Shown: positions 20,543 through 31,033, counted from the stretch's first letter. The stretch: 64,000 nt of DNA from an uncultured Clostridia bacterium (GCA_934178475.1 CAKPQH010000003.1:50315-114314); one strand, 5' to 3'. Made by a program: numbers and translations. Notes: generated from the letters alone by a model not told the origin.

Positions 20543-21241
20543 ATGTACATTATATTATTTTTGTTTTTAATATTGATATTGTTTTGTTATATATATAAGA
20601 TAAATATAAAGACATTAAAGAAAATTAAAGACTTTGGTAGAGAGAATAAAGATTTAGATGAGATTGTAAAAAAATATCCATCTAATATTGAAATATGTAA
20701 ATTTATGCTTAAAAAATTAAAAAATGATAATGTGAAAATTGAAGAAAATAAAGAGTACCAAAGTTCTTTTTATATAGCAATATCTAATAAAATTATTATC
20801 GCAAATATAGAAAAAAGTTATACAAGAATTCAAACAATTGCTCATGAATGTTTACATTCAATACAGGATAGAAGAAAATTATTGTTTAATTATATATATT
20901 CTAACATATATATATTAACTTTTATAATAATTTTGATATTAGGAATAGCTAAACTTATACCAGAACATTTGAAAACAACAATAATATGTATATATGCTAT
21001 TATGGGATATATATATTATAGTGTGAGAAGTTTTTTAGAAAATGATGCTATGATTAAAGCAAAATTTTTGTCTAAAGAATATATTGATAATGTAAATATT
21101 TCAACAGAAGAAGAAAAGAAATTGATAATAAAAAAATATGAGGAATTGTATGAAATAGGGGTACCTTTTACCAATTTCAATTTGTTTTTTGGAACAATTT
21201 TGAAAACATTAATTATACAAATAGTGTTTTTAATAAGATAA
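20543..21241 (+). CDS. Membrane protein with an HExxH (HECLH) motif, a putative Zn-metallopeptidase-like protein
   Basis: It has an N-terminal TM helix, an IAHECLHSIQD motif and two central TM helices. There is no further family assignment. Confidence 0.3.
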   Translation: MYIILFLFLILILFCYIYKINIKTLKKIKDFGRENKDLDEIVKKYPSNIEICKFMLKKLKNDNVKIEENKEYQSSFYIAISNKIIIANIEKSYTRIQTIAHECLHSIQDRRKLLFNYIYSNIYILTFIIILILGIAKLIPEHLKTTIICIYAIMGYIYYSVRSFLENDAMIKAKFLSKEYIDNVNISTEEEKKLIIKKYEELYEIGVPFTNFNLFFGTILKTLIIQIVFLIR

Positions 21242-21259
21242 TAAAGATGGAGGAATAAT

Positions 21260-21757
21260 ATGTTAAAGCCAAATGCGTATTTTAGTAAAGTACAAGATAT
21301 TACAATTGGATTTTTGATAAAAAATGAAATAAAAGCTTTAATATTAGATGTTGATAATACTTTGATTGATTATAATAAGAATTTATCAGATGAAGTTATA
21401 AAATGGGCGCTTAATTTACAAGGACAAGGAATAAAAATATATATTTTATCAAATTCAAATAAACATGAAAAAGTAAAGAATGTTGCTGACAAAATAAATG
21501 CACCTTATATAAATTTTGCAAAAAAACCTTTTAAAAAGGGATTTTTAAAGGTAAGGGAGAATTTAAAAATAGAGGAGAAAAGAATAGCAGTTGTTGGAGA
21601 TCAAATATTTACAGATATAATTGGTGGAAATAGGTGCAATATGTTTACTATTTTGGTTGATCCTGTAAATGAAAAAGATTTTTGGTATACTGCTTGGAAA
21701 AGACCAATTGAAAATAAGTTGAAGAAGAAATTGATGAAAACAGAAGGAGAAGGATAA
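21260..21757 (+). CDS. yqeG: YqeG-family HAD phosphatase
   Basis: LILDVDNTL (DxD motif I) and VGDQIFTDIIGGN (motif IV). The size is typical of YqeG. Confidence 0.7.
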   Translation: MLKPNAYFSKVQDITIGFLIKNEIKALILDVDNTLIDYNKNLSDEVIKWALNLQGQGIKIYILSNSNKHEKVKNVADKINAPYINFAKKPFKKGFLKVRENLKIEEKRIAVVGDQIFTDIIGGNRCNMFTILVDPVNEKDFWYTAWKRPIENKLKKKLMKTEGEG

Positions 21758-21758
21758 A

Positions 21759-22517
21759 ATGTACTTTCATGGAGTTAATATTGGCTACTATCTTGTAGCT
21801 GCTATAGTTGGACTTTTTATGGGTGAGTTTGTATCTTGGATGAATAAAAGACTTCCTGAATATAAAAAAGTTTTTTCAAAAGATTTAATAAAAGAATATA
21901 AAGAAAATTTTACTCCAAATTATATATTAATGATAATAACAGCTGCCATATATGTTCTTTTAATTTATAAATTTGGAATAAAAAATACTTTTATAGAAAA
22001 TTTAGAATTAATAAAATTTTTGATTTTAACACCAATGTTATTATCAGTTGTAATAATAGATTATAAATTACAGATAATACCTAATAGATTAAATTTAACT
22101 ATGTTTGAGGTAGGTATTGTTATTGCATTTATATATGGTTTATCAAATATTGCTATAGGAATTAATATGTTACTTGGAATGTTTGCTGGTGGTGGAATAT
22201 TCTTAATGATAACATTATTAGGTGGTTTGGTTTATGGAAAAGAAGCTATGGGACTTGGTGATGTTAAACTTATGGGAGCTTTAGGACTTTATTTTGGTTT
22301 GGCAAATATTGTTGTAATAGCTTTGGTATCTTTTTTAATAGGTGCTGTTTTGAGTATTATTTTACTTGCTACTAAAATAAAAAAGATGGATGAATATATA
22401 CCTTTTGGACCATTTATAGTTTTAGCAACATTTATATCAATATTTATACCATATGATATATTAGTAACAGCTTTATACAATATTTTTACATTAGGACTTT
22501 ATAGTAAAAACCATTAA
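21759..22517 (+). CDS. Type IV prepilin peptidase (A24 family)
   Basis: Polytopic membrane protein with the conserved catalytic-Asp contexts IDYKL and GLGDVKLMGALGLYFG. Confidence 0.65.
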   Translation: MYFHGVNIGYYLVAAIVGLFMGEFVSWMNKRLPEYKKVFSKDLIKEYKENFTPNYILMIITAAIYVLLIYKFGIKNTFIENLELIKFLILTPMLLSVVIIDYKLQIIPNRLNLTMFEVGIVIAFIYGLSNIAIGINMLLGMFAGGGIFLMITLLGGLVYGKEAMGLGDVKLMGALGLYFGLANIVVIALVSFLIGAVLSIILLATKIKKMDEYIPFGPFIVLATFISIFIPYDILVTALYNIFTLGLYSKNH

Positions 22518-22535
22518 TATTTAGTAAATGAGGGA

Positions 22536-23600
22536 TTGTTTATGAATGAAAGATTAAGAGTTTTAAGAGCAAAGATGCAAGGAGCTAACATTCAGGGGAT
22601 GATTATTTCTAATCCTGTAAATATAAAGTATTTTACAGGTATAGATGCAGAAGGAATTTTGCTTATTACAAGAAAAGAGAATGTTTATATAACAGATGGA
22701 AGATATATAGAATATGTTTCAAGTATTCTTACTCCATTTGATGAAATTGTAATTGATAATGTTAAAGATGTTTCAATAGATGATTATGAAAATTTCTTTA
22801 TGTTTTGTGAGAATGTTGGATTTGAAGAAAAATATGTATCATATTATTTATATAAAGAATTTATGCATAGATATAAAATAAATAGTTTAGTTGAAGCAGA
22901 AGAATTAATAGAAGATTTAAGACTTGTAAAAGATGATGAAGAAATAAAAAATATAAAAACTGCATGTGAAATTACAGATAAATGTTTTGAAATGCTTAAA
23001 GAGTATATAAAACCTGGAATGAGTGAAAAACAAATAGCAAGAAGAATAGATAATTTCTATTATGCTCATGCAGAAGGATGTTCTTTTGATACAATTGTTG
23101 CTTCAGGAGAAAATAGTTCTAAACCTCATGCTGTACCTGGAGATAGAAAAATTGAACAAAGAGATATAATTTTAATTGATATGGGATGTAAGGTAAATGG
23201 ATATTGCTCTGATATGACTAGAATGTTATTTGTGGGAGAACCTACAGAAGAACAAAAGAAAATATATCAATTAGTTTTAAGAGAACAAGAAAGTGTGCTA
23301 GCACAGTTAAAAGAAGGAGCAAATATAAAGAATATTAGTAAAGATTTAAATATACATTTTGAATCTGAAGGCTATGAAATGATACATGCATTGGGACACG
23401 GTGTTGGTTTAGATATACATGAAAGACCAAATATTAGTACAAAAAATGATTCAAATTTGAAATCTAATATGGTAGTTACAGATGAACCTGGAATATATTT
23501 ACCTGGAAATTTTGGAATAAGAATTGAAGATACAGTTTTAATAACTAAACAAGGATGTATAGAACTTACAAAAACGAGTAAAGATATTACGAAAATTTAA
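22536..23600 (+). CDS. M24-family Xaa-Pro aminopeptidase or dipeptidase
   Basis: Creatinase/prolidase N-terminal domain plus M24 metal ligands (DMGCKVNGYCSDMTR, HALGHGVGLDIHE, EPGIY, IRIED). Confidence 0.75.
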   Translation: MFMNERLRVLRAKMQGANIQGMIISNPVNIKYFTGIDAEGILLITRKENVYITDGRYIEYVSSILTPFDEIVIDNVKDVSIDDYENFFMFCENVGFEEKYVSYYLYKEFMHRYKINSLVEAEELIEDLRLVKDDEEIKNIKTACEITDKCFEMLKEYIKPGMSEKQIARRIDNFYYAHAEGCSFDTIVASGENSSKPHAVPGDRKIEQRDIILIDMGCKVNGYCSDMTRMLFVGEPTEEQKKIYQLVLREQESVLAQLKEGANIKNISKDLNIHFESEGYEMIHALGHGVGLDIHERPNISTKNDSNLKSNMVVTDEPGIYLPGNFGIRIEDTVLITKQGCIELTKTSKDITKI

Positions 23601-23604
23601 AATT

Positions 23605-23650
23605 GGGGACAGTCCTTTTTTGAAAATATTTTCAAAAAAGGACTGTCCCC
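23605..23650. terminator. 46-nt perfect palindrome, a strong bidirectional terminator hairpin
   Basis: ggggacagtccttttttgaaaatattttcaaaaaaggactgtcccc is exactly self-complementary. It has a T-run on each arm. Confidence 0.7.
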
Positions 23651-23674
23651 AATTAAAAAAATTTATGAAAGGTA

Positions 23675-23703
23675 TTGCATTTTAAATAAAAAAAATGTAT
23701 AAT
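23675..23703 (+). promoter_or_regulatory. SigA-type promoter for pyrG (TTGCAT-17 nt-TATAAT)
   Basis: The -35 is TTGCAT at 23675-23680. The spacer is exactly 17 nt. The -10 is TATAAT at 23698-23703. Confidence 0.5.
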
Positions 23704-23803
23704 ATTTAAAGTAGATTAAAAAAAAACCGCAAAAGTGGTTCGAAATTTAATCTATTTTTTATTTTTAAAGTAAAATGTTTTGGACCAAGAAAGGAAGTAA
23801 AAG

Positions 23804-25408
23804 ATGAATACAAAATACATATTTGTAACAGGAGGAGTAGTATCAGGATTAGGAAAAGGTATTACAGCAGCATCATTAGGTAGATTATTAAAAAATAGAG
23901 GATATAAGGTAACGATTCAAAAATTTGACCCATATTTGAATGTGGATCCAGGAACAATGAGTCCATATGAGCATGGAGAAGTTTTTGTTACTGATGATGG
24001 CGCAGAAACAGATTTAGATTTAGGACATTATGAAAGATTTATAAATGAGAGTTTAACACAAAATTCTAGTGTTACAATGGGAAAGATTTATTCTTCTGTA
24101 ATAGAAAAGGAAAGAAATGGAGACTATTTAGGTAAAACAGTTCAAGTAATCCCACATGTAACTAATGAGATAAAAGAAAAAATTTATAGCTTTGAAAATA
24201 CAGATACTGATATTGTAATAACAGAGGTTGGAGGAACAGTTGGAGATATTGAAGGGCTATCTATACTAGAAGCAATGAGACAAGTTGGATTAGAAAAAAA
24301 TTCAGAAGATGTTGTTTATATTCATGTAACATTACTTCCATATATATTTGGTTCAAATGAGATAAAAAGTAAACCTACACAACATTCTGTAAAAGAGCTT
24401 CAAAGTTTAGGAATAAAACCTGATATATTAGTTTGTAGAACAGAAACTGAAATACCTGAAACAATAAGAGAAAAATTAGCATTATTTTGTAATGTAAGAA
24501 AAACAAGTGTTATACAAAATTTAACTGCAGATTGCTTATATGCTGTTCCATTAATGTTAGAAAAAGAAGGTTTAGCTAGAGAAGTTTGTAATCATTTAAA
24601 ATTAGATAATTATCTTCCAAATAATGAAAAATGGGAAGAGATGGTTGAACATATAAGAAGTATAAAAGATGATGATCAGGTTAAAATAGCAATTGTAGGA
24701 AAATATACTCAACTTGAAGATTCATATATATCAGTTGTAGAAAGTCTTCAACATGCTGGATTTGCAAATGATGTAAAGGTTAAAGTTGGATTTATTGATT
24801 CAGAGACTGTAAATGCAGAAAATGTCAAAGAAAAATTGAGTGATTATCAAGGAATAATTGTACCTGGAGGCTTTGGAAATAGAGGAATTGAAGGTATGAT
24901 TGAAACAATCCACTATGTAAGAGAAAATAATATACCATTTTTAGGAATATGTCTTGGTATGCAAATGACTGTTGTAGAATATGCTAGAAATGTTTTAGGA
25001 TTAAAAGATAGTAATTCAGCAGAGTTTAGTGATACTACAGAGAATCCAGTTATACATATTATGGAGGACCAAAAGATTATAAAGAAAAAAGGTGGAACAA
25101 TGAGACTTGGAAGTTATCCATGTGTTATAAAAGAGGGAACTTTGGCATATGAGATATATGGAAAAGATAAAATTGATGAAAGACATAGACATAGATTTGA
25201 ATATAATAATGAATATAAAGAAAGATTAGAAAATGCTGGACTAATTTGTTCAGGAACATCTCCAGATGGAAATTTAGTTGAAATTGTAGAACTTAAGAAA
25301 CATCCATATTTTATTGCAGGACAATTTCACCCTGAACTTAAATCTAGACCTAATAAACCTGCTCCATTATTTGTAGGTTTAGTAAAAGCTGCTAAAAATA
25401 TAAAATAG
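23804..25408 (+). CDS. pyrG: CTP synthase
   Basis: [21 protein letters not shown]-terminus and the glutamine amidotransferase domain (GICLGMQ). Confidence 0.92.
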   Translation: MNTKYIFVTGGVVSGLGKGITAASLGRLLKNRGYKVTIQKFDPYLNVDPGTMSPYEHGEVFVTDDGAETDLDLGHYERFINESLTQNSSVTMGKIYSSVIEKERNGDYLGKTVQVIPHVTNEIKEKIYSFENTDTDIVITEVGGTVGDIEGLSILEAMRQVGLEKNSEDVVYIHVTLLPYIFGSNEIKSKPTQHSVKELQSLGIKPDILVCRTETEIPETIREKLALFCNVRKTSVIQNLTADCLYAVPLMLEKEGLAREVCNHLKLDNYLPNNEKWEEMVEHIRSIKDDDQVKIAIVGKYTQLEDSYISVVESLQHAGFANDVKVKVGFIDSETVNAENVKEKLSDYQGIIVPGGFGNRGIEGMIETIHYVRENNIPFLGICLGMQMTVVEYARNVLGLKDSNSAEFSDTTENPVIHIMEDQKIIKKKGGTMRLGSYPCVIKEGTLAYEIYGKDKIDERHRHRFEYNNEYKERLENAGLICSGTSPDGNLVEIVELKKHPYFIAGQFHPELKSRPNKPAPLFVGLVKAAKNIK

Positions 25409-25417
25409 GAGGATAAG

Positions 25418-26293
25418 ATGGAATTATCAATACAAATGTATTTTTTATTATTTATGATATATTCGATTTTGGGTTGGTGTTTGGAAGTTACATGTAAAGC
25501 TTTTGAATATAAAAAATTTATTGATAGAGGTTTTTTAATAGGACCTTATTGCCCTATATATGGTTGGGGAGCTGTTTTAATTACATTTCTATTATATAGA
25601 TATTCATATGATGCGTTGGTATTATTTATAATGACAACAATTGTATGTGGAATATTGGAATATTTGACTAGCTTTTTTATGGAAAAATTATTTAAAGCTA
25701 GATGGTGGGACTATAGCAAGAGGAAATTTAATATTAATGGTAGAGTTTGTTTAGGAACGTTAATACCATTTGGAATATTTGGCTTAATTCTTACTTATAT
25801 AGCAAATCCATTTTTTATAGGTTTACTTAATAAATTAAATACAAATACAATAAACATATTGGCAATTTCTCTTTTTACAATATTTACAATTGATAGTATA
25901 ATTTCATTTATTGTAATATTTGGATTTAGAAAAACAACTGTCATTGCAAGTAAAGAGAAAACATCTGATAATACGGAAGAAATGACAAAGAAAGTAAAAG
26001 AATTATTGATGCAAAAATCATTTTTGTATAGAAGAATTGTAAATGCATATCCTAAGTTTGTTGCTATAAAATCAAGAATAGCGGAAATAAAAGATGAAAT
26101 AGAAGATAATATAAATGAAGTTAAAGAAAATATAAATGAGAAAAAAACAGAAGTTATAACTTCCATAAATGAAAAGGCAAAAGAAGTAAATGAAAATATA
26201 AGTAATAAAAAGAATAAAGTTAAAATGAAAATAAAAGTACATAAAGATAATATAAAAAGACATTTTATAGGAGAAAAAGAAGAGAGGAAATAA
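25418..26293 (+). CDS. Membrane protein (DUF1113-like, 'putative ABC transporter type IV' family) with a C-terminal coiled-coil repeat tail
   Basis: The N-terminal 4-5 TM region has YSILGWCLEV and GPYCPIYGWG. The C-terminus carries repeated NINEVKENINEKK-like units. Confidence 0.35.
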   Translation: MELSIQMYFLLFMIYSILGWCLEVTCKAFEYKKFIDRGFLIGPYCPIYGWGAVLITFLLYRYSYDALVLFIMTTIVCGILEYLTSFFMEKLFKARWWDYSKRKFNINGRVCLGTLIPFGIFGLILTYIANPFFIGLLNKLNTNTINILAISLFTIFTIDSIISFIVIFGFRKTTVIASKEKTSDNTEEMTKKVKELLMQKSFLYRRIVNAYPKFVAIKSRIAEIKDEIEDNINEVKENINEKKTEVITSINEKAKEVNENISNKKNKVKMKIKVHKDNIKRHFIGEKEERK

Positions 26294-26296
26294 AGT

Positions 26297-27067
26297 ATGA
26301 AAGTATTGGCAGTAGGAGACATTGTTGGAAATATTGGAATAAATAAATTGAAGACTGAGTTGCCTAAGATAAAAAAAGAAAATGATATAGATTTTTGTAT
26401 AGTAAATGGAGAAAATGCAGCTGAAGGAATGGGGATTACTGAAAAAAATTTTAATGATATAATTTCGGCAGGTGCAGATTCTATTACTATGGGAAATCAT
26501 ACATGGGGGAAAAAAGAAATTTTTAAATTTATAAATGATCCAAAAATATTAAGACCTGCAAATTATCCGGAAGGTGTTTGTGGAAAAGGATATAGAATAT
26601 ATGATTGCAAAGATAAAAAAATAGCAGTTATAAATGCATTAGGAAGAGCTGAGATTAATATACAAACTGAAAATCCATTTTTGATAATAGATAAAATAAT
26701 TAAAAAGATATTTGACTCAGTTGATTTGATTTTTGTTGATTTTCATGCTGAAGCTTCTGCAGAGAAAAAAGCTATGGGATATTTTTTAGATGGAAGAGTA
26801 ACTGCTGTTTTTGGAACTCATACACATATACAAACAGCGGATGAACAGATTTTACCTGATGGAACAGCATATATAACTGATATTGGAATGACAGGACCAA
26901 AAGATTCAATAATTGGTATGGATAAAGATACAGCCCTTAAAAGATTCTTAACAGCACTTCCAGAAAAATATAAAATAGCAACAGGTGAAGCTATGTTTAA
27001 CGCAGTATTGTTTGATATAAATGATGAAACTAATAAAGTTCAAGCTATAAAAAGAATAGAAATTTAA
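26297..27067 (+). CDS. ymdB: YmdB-like metallophosphoesterase (TIGR00282 family)
   Basis: MKVLAVGDIVGNIG and GNH motifs. The size and overall pattern match YmdB. Confidence 0.75.
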   Translation: MKVLAVGDIVGNIGINKLKTELPKIKKENDIDFCIVNGENAAEGMGITEKNFNDIISAGADSITMGNHTWGKKEIFKFINDPKILRPANYPEGVCGKGYRIYDCKDKKIAVINALGRAEINIQTENPFLIIDKIIKKIFDSVDLIFVDFHAEASAEKKAMGYFLDGRVTAVFGTHTHIQTADEQILPDGTAYITDIGMTGPKDSIIGMDKDTALKRFLTALPEKYKIATGEAMFNAVLFDINDETNKVQAIKRIEI

Positions 27068-27164
27068 AATCAAAAAGTAAAAATATTATATTTTTATTGA
27101 CATTTTCTATATATTAATGTAAAATATAGAAAGTAAAATAAAAACGATGAAAAAGAGGAGTATA

Positions 27165-27390
27165 TTTATTAAGGTTTTTAGAGAATAGAAGTCAGTGGCT
27201 GAAAGCTTCTTAAATTAAGATAAATAGAAGGTAGCTTTGGAGTTGATATGGTGAATTTAATAGTAGCTATATTCGTTTAAGCAACGTTAAATGCTAAATG
27301 AGATGTTATTAATAGTTTTTAATTAATAATAATTAAGGTGGTACCGTGATTAGTCGCCCTTATGTTTTTTAAACATAGGGGCGTTTTTGA
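27165..27390 (+). ncRNA. T-box riboswitch leader (tRNA-Val-responsive) upstream of valS
   Basis: Stem I AGAGA motif near 27180. A candidate GUC specifier is at about 27191-27193. The conserved T-box sequence AATTAAGGTGGTACCGTG is at 27331-27348. A terminator hairpin (cgccct...aggggcg plus TTTTT) is at 27355-27389. Confidence 0.75.
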
Positions 27391-27416
27391 TTTCTAATTT
27401 AAAAGGAGAAAGTTTT

Positions 27417-30074
27417 ATGGGAAAAAGTTTAGAAGGAAAATTTAATCCAAAAGAATTTGAAGAAGAATTGTATAAAAAGTGGGAGGATAATGGTTATTTT
27501 AAACCTAGTATGGATAAAAGTAAAAAACCATATTGTATAATGATGCCACCACCAAATGTAACTGGCAAACTACATATGGGACATGCATTAGATGATACAA
27601 TTCAAGATATTTTAATTAGGTATAAAAGAATGCAAGGCTTTGATTGTTTATGGCTTCCAGGAAGCGATCATGCTGCTATATCTACAGAAATGAAAGTAGT
27701 TCAAAAATTAAAAAAAGAAGGAAAAGAAAAGAAAGATTTAGGAAGAGAAGGATTTTTGAAAGAATGTTGGGATTGGACTTATGAATATGGTGGAATAATT
27801 CAAAAACAACAACGTAAACTGGGATGCTCATGTGATTGGGATAGAACAAGATTTACTTTAGATGATGGAATGTCAGATGCAGTTTTAGAACAATTTGTAA
27901 AACTTTATGAAAAAGGTTTAATATATAAGGGGACAAGAATGGTAAATTATTGCCCTAGTTGTAAGACTTCAATATCAGATGCTGAGGTAGAATATAAAGA
28001 AGAACCATCTCACTTATGGCATATTAGATATAAAATTGTTGGAGATGAAGAAAAATATGTAGAAGTTGCAACAACAAGACCAGAAACAATGCTTGGAGAT
28101 ACTGCTGTCGCTGTTCATCCTGAAGATGAAAGGTATAAAGATATAGTGGGTAAAAAATGTATTCTTCCAATAATGAATAAGGAAATTCCAATTATAGCTG
28201 ATGATTTTGTTGAAAAAGATTTTGGAACAGGATGTGTTAAAATCACGCCTGCACATGATATGAATGATTATCAAGCGGGATTAAGACATAATTTAGAAAT
28301 TATTGAGGTTTTTGATGAAAACTACAAAATGGGAGACTTAGTTCCAGAATACAAAGGTATGGATTTGATAGAAGCAAGAAAGAAAATTGTTGAAAAGTTA
28401 GAAAAAATAGGTGCTTTAGTAAAGACTGAGGATTATACACATAATGTTGCGAAATGTGAAAGATGTAAATCTACTATTGAACCTAAGATATCAATGCAAT
28501 GGTTTGTAAATATGAAAGATTTAGCTAAAAAGGCAGCAGACAGTGTAAGAGAAGATAAAACTAGGTTTATACCAAAAAGATATGAAAAACAATACTTTAA
28601 TTGGTTAGACAATATTCAAGATTGGTGTATATCTAGACAATTATGGTGGGGACATAGAATACCTGCATATTATTGTGAAGATTGTGGTAATATAAATGTA
28701 TCAAAAACTGCTCCTGAAAAATGTGAAAAATGTGGAAGTACACATTTACATCAAGACGAAGATACTTTAGATACATGGTTTAGCTCTGCTTTATGGCCAT
28801 TTTCTACACTTGGTTGGCCAAATACAGAAAGTGAAGATTTTAAACGTTTTTATCCTACAAATGTTTTAGTCACAGGATTTGATATTATTACTTTCTGGGT
28901 TTCAAGAATGATGACTCAAGGTTTAGAATTTACAGGAATAGAACCTTTTAAGGACGTTTTAATACATGGAATTATTCGTGATAGCCAAGGAAGAAAGATG
29001 TCTAAAACACTTGGAAATGGTGTGGATCCATTAGAGGTTATTGATAAATATGGAGCTGATAGTTTAAGATTTTCAGTAATTTCAGGAACAACAATGGGAA
29101 ATGATATTAAATATATGCCTGAAAAATTAGAACAAGCATCAAATTTTGCAAACAAAATATGGAATGCAGCTAAGTTTATAATAAACTCAAATGTTGATAA
29201 AAATGATATAATAGAATTTTGTAACAATGTATATGACTATGAAAAATATACTTATAATGAAGAATTATTATCTATAGAAGATAAATGGATTTTAAATAAA
29301 TTAGATAAATTAATTGTAGATGTAACCAAAAATATTGAAAACTATGATTTAGGTATAGCTCTTGATAATATATATGGGTTTATAAGAGATGAATTTTGTG
29401 ATTGGTATATTGAAATGGTAAAACCAAGATTATATAGTGATGATTATGAAACAAAAGTTGCAGTATGTGGCATTTTAAATTATGTATTTGGTGCATCATT
29501 AAAATTATTACATCCATTTATGCCATTTGTAACAACAGAAATATATAGTGATTTGGTAACTTATAGTGATAAAGATTTAATGGTATCAAAATGGCCTAGA
29601 ATAAAAACAGAATTCATTTTTGATAAAGAAGAGAATTTGGCAGAAACATTAAAAGAAATAATAGTAGAAGTACGTAATATTAGAGCAAAGATGAATGTAC
29701 ATCCTTCTAAAAAAGTTAGACTAATTTTTGTAACTAATAAATATAAAGATGAAATAAATATGTCTAAAGAATTTATTATGAAATTAGGATTTGGAAATGA
29801 AGTTGTTGTTCAAGCTAACAAAAATGGTATTGGAGATAATGCTATTAGTATTATAAAAGATGGAATTGAACTTTATATGCCGCTTGAAGGTTTGGTTGAT
29901 TTAGAGGAAGAAGCTAAACGTAAAGAAGAAGAAAAAAAGAAAATAGAGTTTGAAATTCAAAGAGCAGAAAAAATGCTTTCGAATCCAGGGTTTGTTAATA
30001 AAGCACCACAAGCAAAAATTGATGAAGAAAAAGCTAAACTTGAAAAATACAAGGAAATGCTTAAAAACTTTTAA
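27417..30074 (+). CDS. valS: Valine--tRNA ligase
   Basis: HMGH (class I HIGH), KMSKT (KMSKS), and the C-terminal coiled coil. The start is placed at the ATG after the aaaggagaaag RBS. The ORF track begins at an upstream TTG inside the T-box terminator. Confidence 0.92.
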   Translation: MGKSLEGKFNPKEFEEELYKKWEDNGYFKPSMDKSKKPYCIMMPPPNVTGKLHMGHALDDTIQDILIRYKRMQGFDCLWLPGSDHAAISTEMKVVQKLKKEGKEKKDLGREGFLKECWDWTYEYGGIIQKQQRKLGCSCDWDRTRFTLDDGMSDAVLEQFVKLYEKGLIYKGTRMVNYCPSCKTSISDAEVEYKEEPSHLWHIRYKIVGDEEKYVEVATTRPETMLGDTAVAVHPEDERYKDIVGKKCILPIMNKEIPIIADDFVEKDFGTGCVKITPAHDMNDYQAGLRHNLEIIEVFDENYKMGDLVPEYKGMDLIEARKKIVEKLEKIGALVKTEDYTHNVAKCERCKSTIEPKISMQWFVNMKDLAKKAADSVREDKTRFIPKRYEKQYFNWLDNIQDWCISRQLWWGHRIPAYYCEDCGNINVSKTAPEKCEKCGSTHLHQDEDTLDTWFSSALWPFSTLGWPNTESEDFKRFYPTNVLVTGFDIITFWVSRMMTQGLEFTGIEPFKDVLIHGIIRDSQGRKMSKTLGNGVDPLEVIDKYGADSLRFSVISGTTMGNDIKYMPEKLEQASNFANKIWNAAKFIINSNVDKNDIIEFCNNVYDYEKYTYNEELLSIEDKWILNKLDKLIVDVTKNIENYDLGIALDNIYGFIRDEFCDWYIEMVKPRLYSDDYETKVAVCGILNYVFGASLKLLHPFMPFVTTEIYSDLVTYSDKDLMVSKWPRIKTEFIFDKEENLAETLKEIIVEVRNIRAKMNVHPSKKVRLIFVTNKYKDEINMSKEFIMKLGFGNEVVVQANKNGIGDNAISIIKDGIELYMPLEGLVDLEEEAKRKEEEKKKIEFEIQRAEKMLSNPGFVNKAPQAKIDEEKAKLEKYKEMLKNF

Positions 30075-30080
30075 TGGGCT

Positions 30081-30108
30081 TTACATAATACATGAAATGT
30101 GATATAAT
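30081..30108 (+). promoter_or_regulatory. Promoter TTACAT-16-TATAAT for small gene A. It is duplicated at 30585-30612 for small gene B
   Basis: Both copies are followed by a near-identical 5' UTR (atatgctctaaaaaaatttt(t)atgcatgaggaggtctaaatc) carrying the RBS GAGGAGG. Confidence 0.45.
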
Positions 30109-30151
30109 AGATATGCTCTAAAAAAATTTTATGCATGAGGAGGTCTAAATC

Positions 30152-30478
30152 ATGAAAAGAGCTAAAGCTATAGATTTTAACTATGTTGAAGCTGAAAGTA
30201 TTACTACACAGGGGAAAAGACGTGATGTTAAAAAAAGATATCCAGACTATCGGATTAAAGAGGAAAGAAACGGATTTTTTGTACTAACAAAAAGCGCTAA
30301 ATGTTATGTTACTCTTTCATGGGATGGAAGAGTAGAAACATTTGAGATGAAAGACGGTATACTTGAATGTTACGATAGGACACGGATTTCAAAGACTCTT
30401 TTCGAAAAATTCCAAAAAGATATTGAAAGTGGAAAACATGAGATTTTGATCAACGAATATGGCTATTCAATTGAATAA
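30152..30478 (+). CDS. Small protein A (108 aa), a tandem paralog of 30657-30992. Function unknown
   Basis: About 50% identical to its neighbour (shared KKRYPDY-IKE---GFFVLT, TLSW/TVSW, LFEKF). It has a strong RBS. Confidence 0.5.
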   Translation: MKRAKAIDFNYVEAESITTQGKRRDVKKRYPDYRIKEERNGFFVLTKSAKCYVTLSWDGRVETFEMKDGILECYDRTRISKTLFEKFQKDIESGKHEILINEYGYSIE

Positions 30479-30584
30479 GCTAAAGGAAAAAGGCATTACA
30501 GGAATGTGATGTCTTTTTTCTTTTATTATAATACAAATTTTATGTATAAATTTTTATGTGGGCATGTGAATAAAATTAACGACT

Positions 30585-30612
30585 TTACATAATCTTAAAA
30601 ATATGTTATAAT
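30585..30612 (+). promoter_or_regulatory. Duplicated promoter TTACAT-16-TATAAT for small gene B
   Basis: See 30081-30108. Confidence 0.45.
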
Positions 30613-30656
30613 AAATATGCTCTAAAAAAATTTTTATGCATGAGGAGGTCTAAATC

Positions 30657-30992
30657 ATGGAAAGAGCTAAAATAGAAGATTTTGATTATGTTGTACCCGA
30701 CAGTTTTGTGACATTAGGCACAAAGCGGAGCTTAAAGAAAAAATATCCTGATTATCAGATAAAAGAAATGAAGGATGGATTTTTTGTTTTGACAAGAGGA
30801 ATACTGTGTAATGTTACTGTTTCATGGAACGAAGGAATGAAAACCTTTAATGTGAAAGAGGAAATATTGGAGTTGTATAATAGGAAACGTATGACAGAAG
30901 CTCTTTTTGAAAAATTCAGAGAGGATTTAAACGAAGACGAATATCAGATTTGGATCGATGGAAATGGTCAGTGTGTTATTAAACTGACTTAA
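30657..30992 (+). CDS. Small protein B (111 aa), a tandem paralog of 30152-30478. Function unknown
   Basis: Paralogy is read directly from the two translations. A terminator follows at 31000-31033. Confidence 0.5.
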   Translation: MERAKIEDFDYVVPDSFVTLGTKRSLKKKYPDYQIKEMKDGFFVLTRGILCNVTVSWNEGMKTFNVKEEILELYNRKRMTEALFEKFREDLNEDEYQIWIDGNGQCVIKLT

Positions 30993-30999
30993 AAGAAAA

Positions 31000-31033
31000 A
31001 GGATGTTGTTTTTAAAGACAGCATCCTTTTTTT
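31000..31033 (+). terminator. Rho-independent terminator
   Basis: aggatgttgt...acagcatcct plus T7. Confidence 0.6.

Noticed and set aside
27387-27416. Upstream TTG start for valS used by the ORF track
   Set aside because: It lies inside the T-box terminator hairpin. An ATG with a strong RBS follows at 27417.
30152-30992. Toxin-antitoxin pair
   Set aside because: The two small genes are paralogs of each other, not a dissimilar pair. Each has its own promoter, and neither has recognisable toxin or antitoxin motifs.
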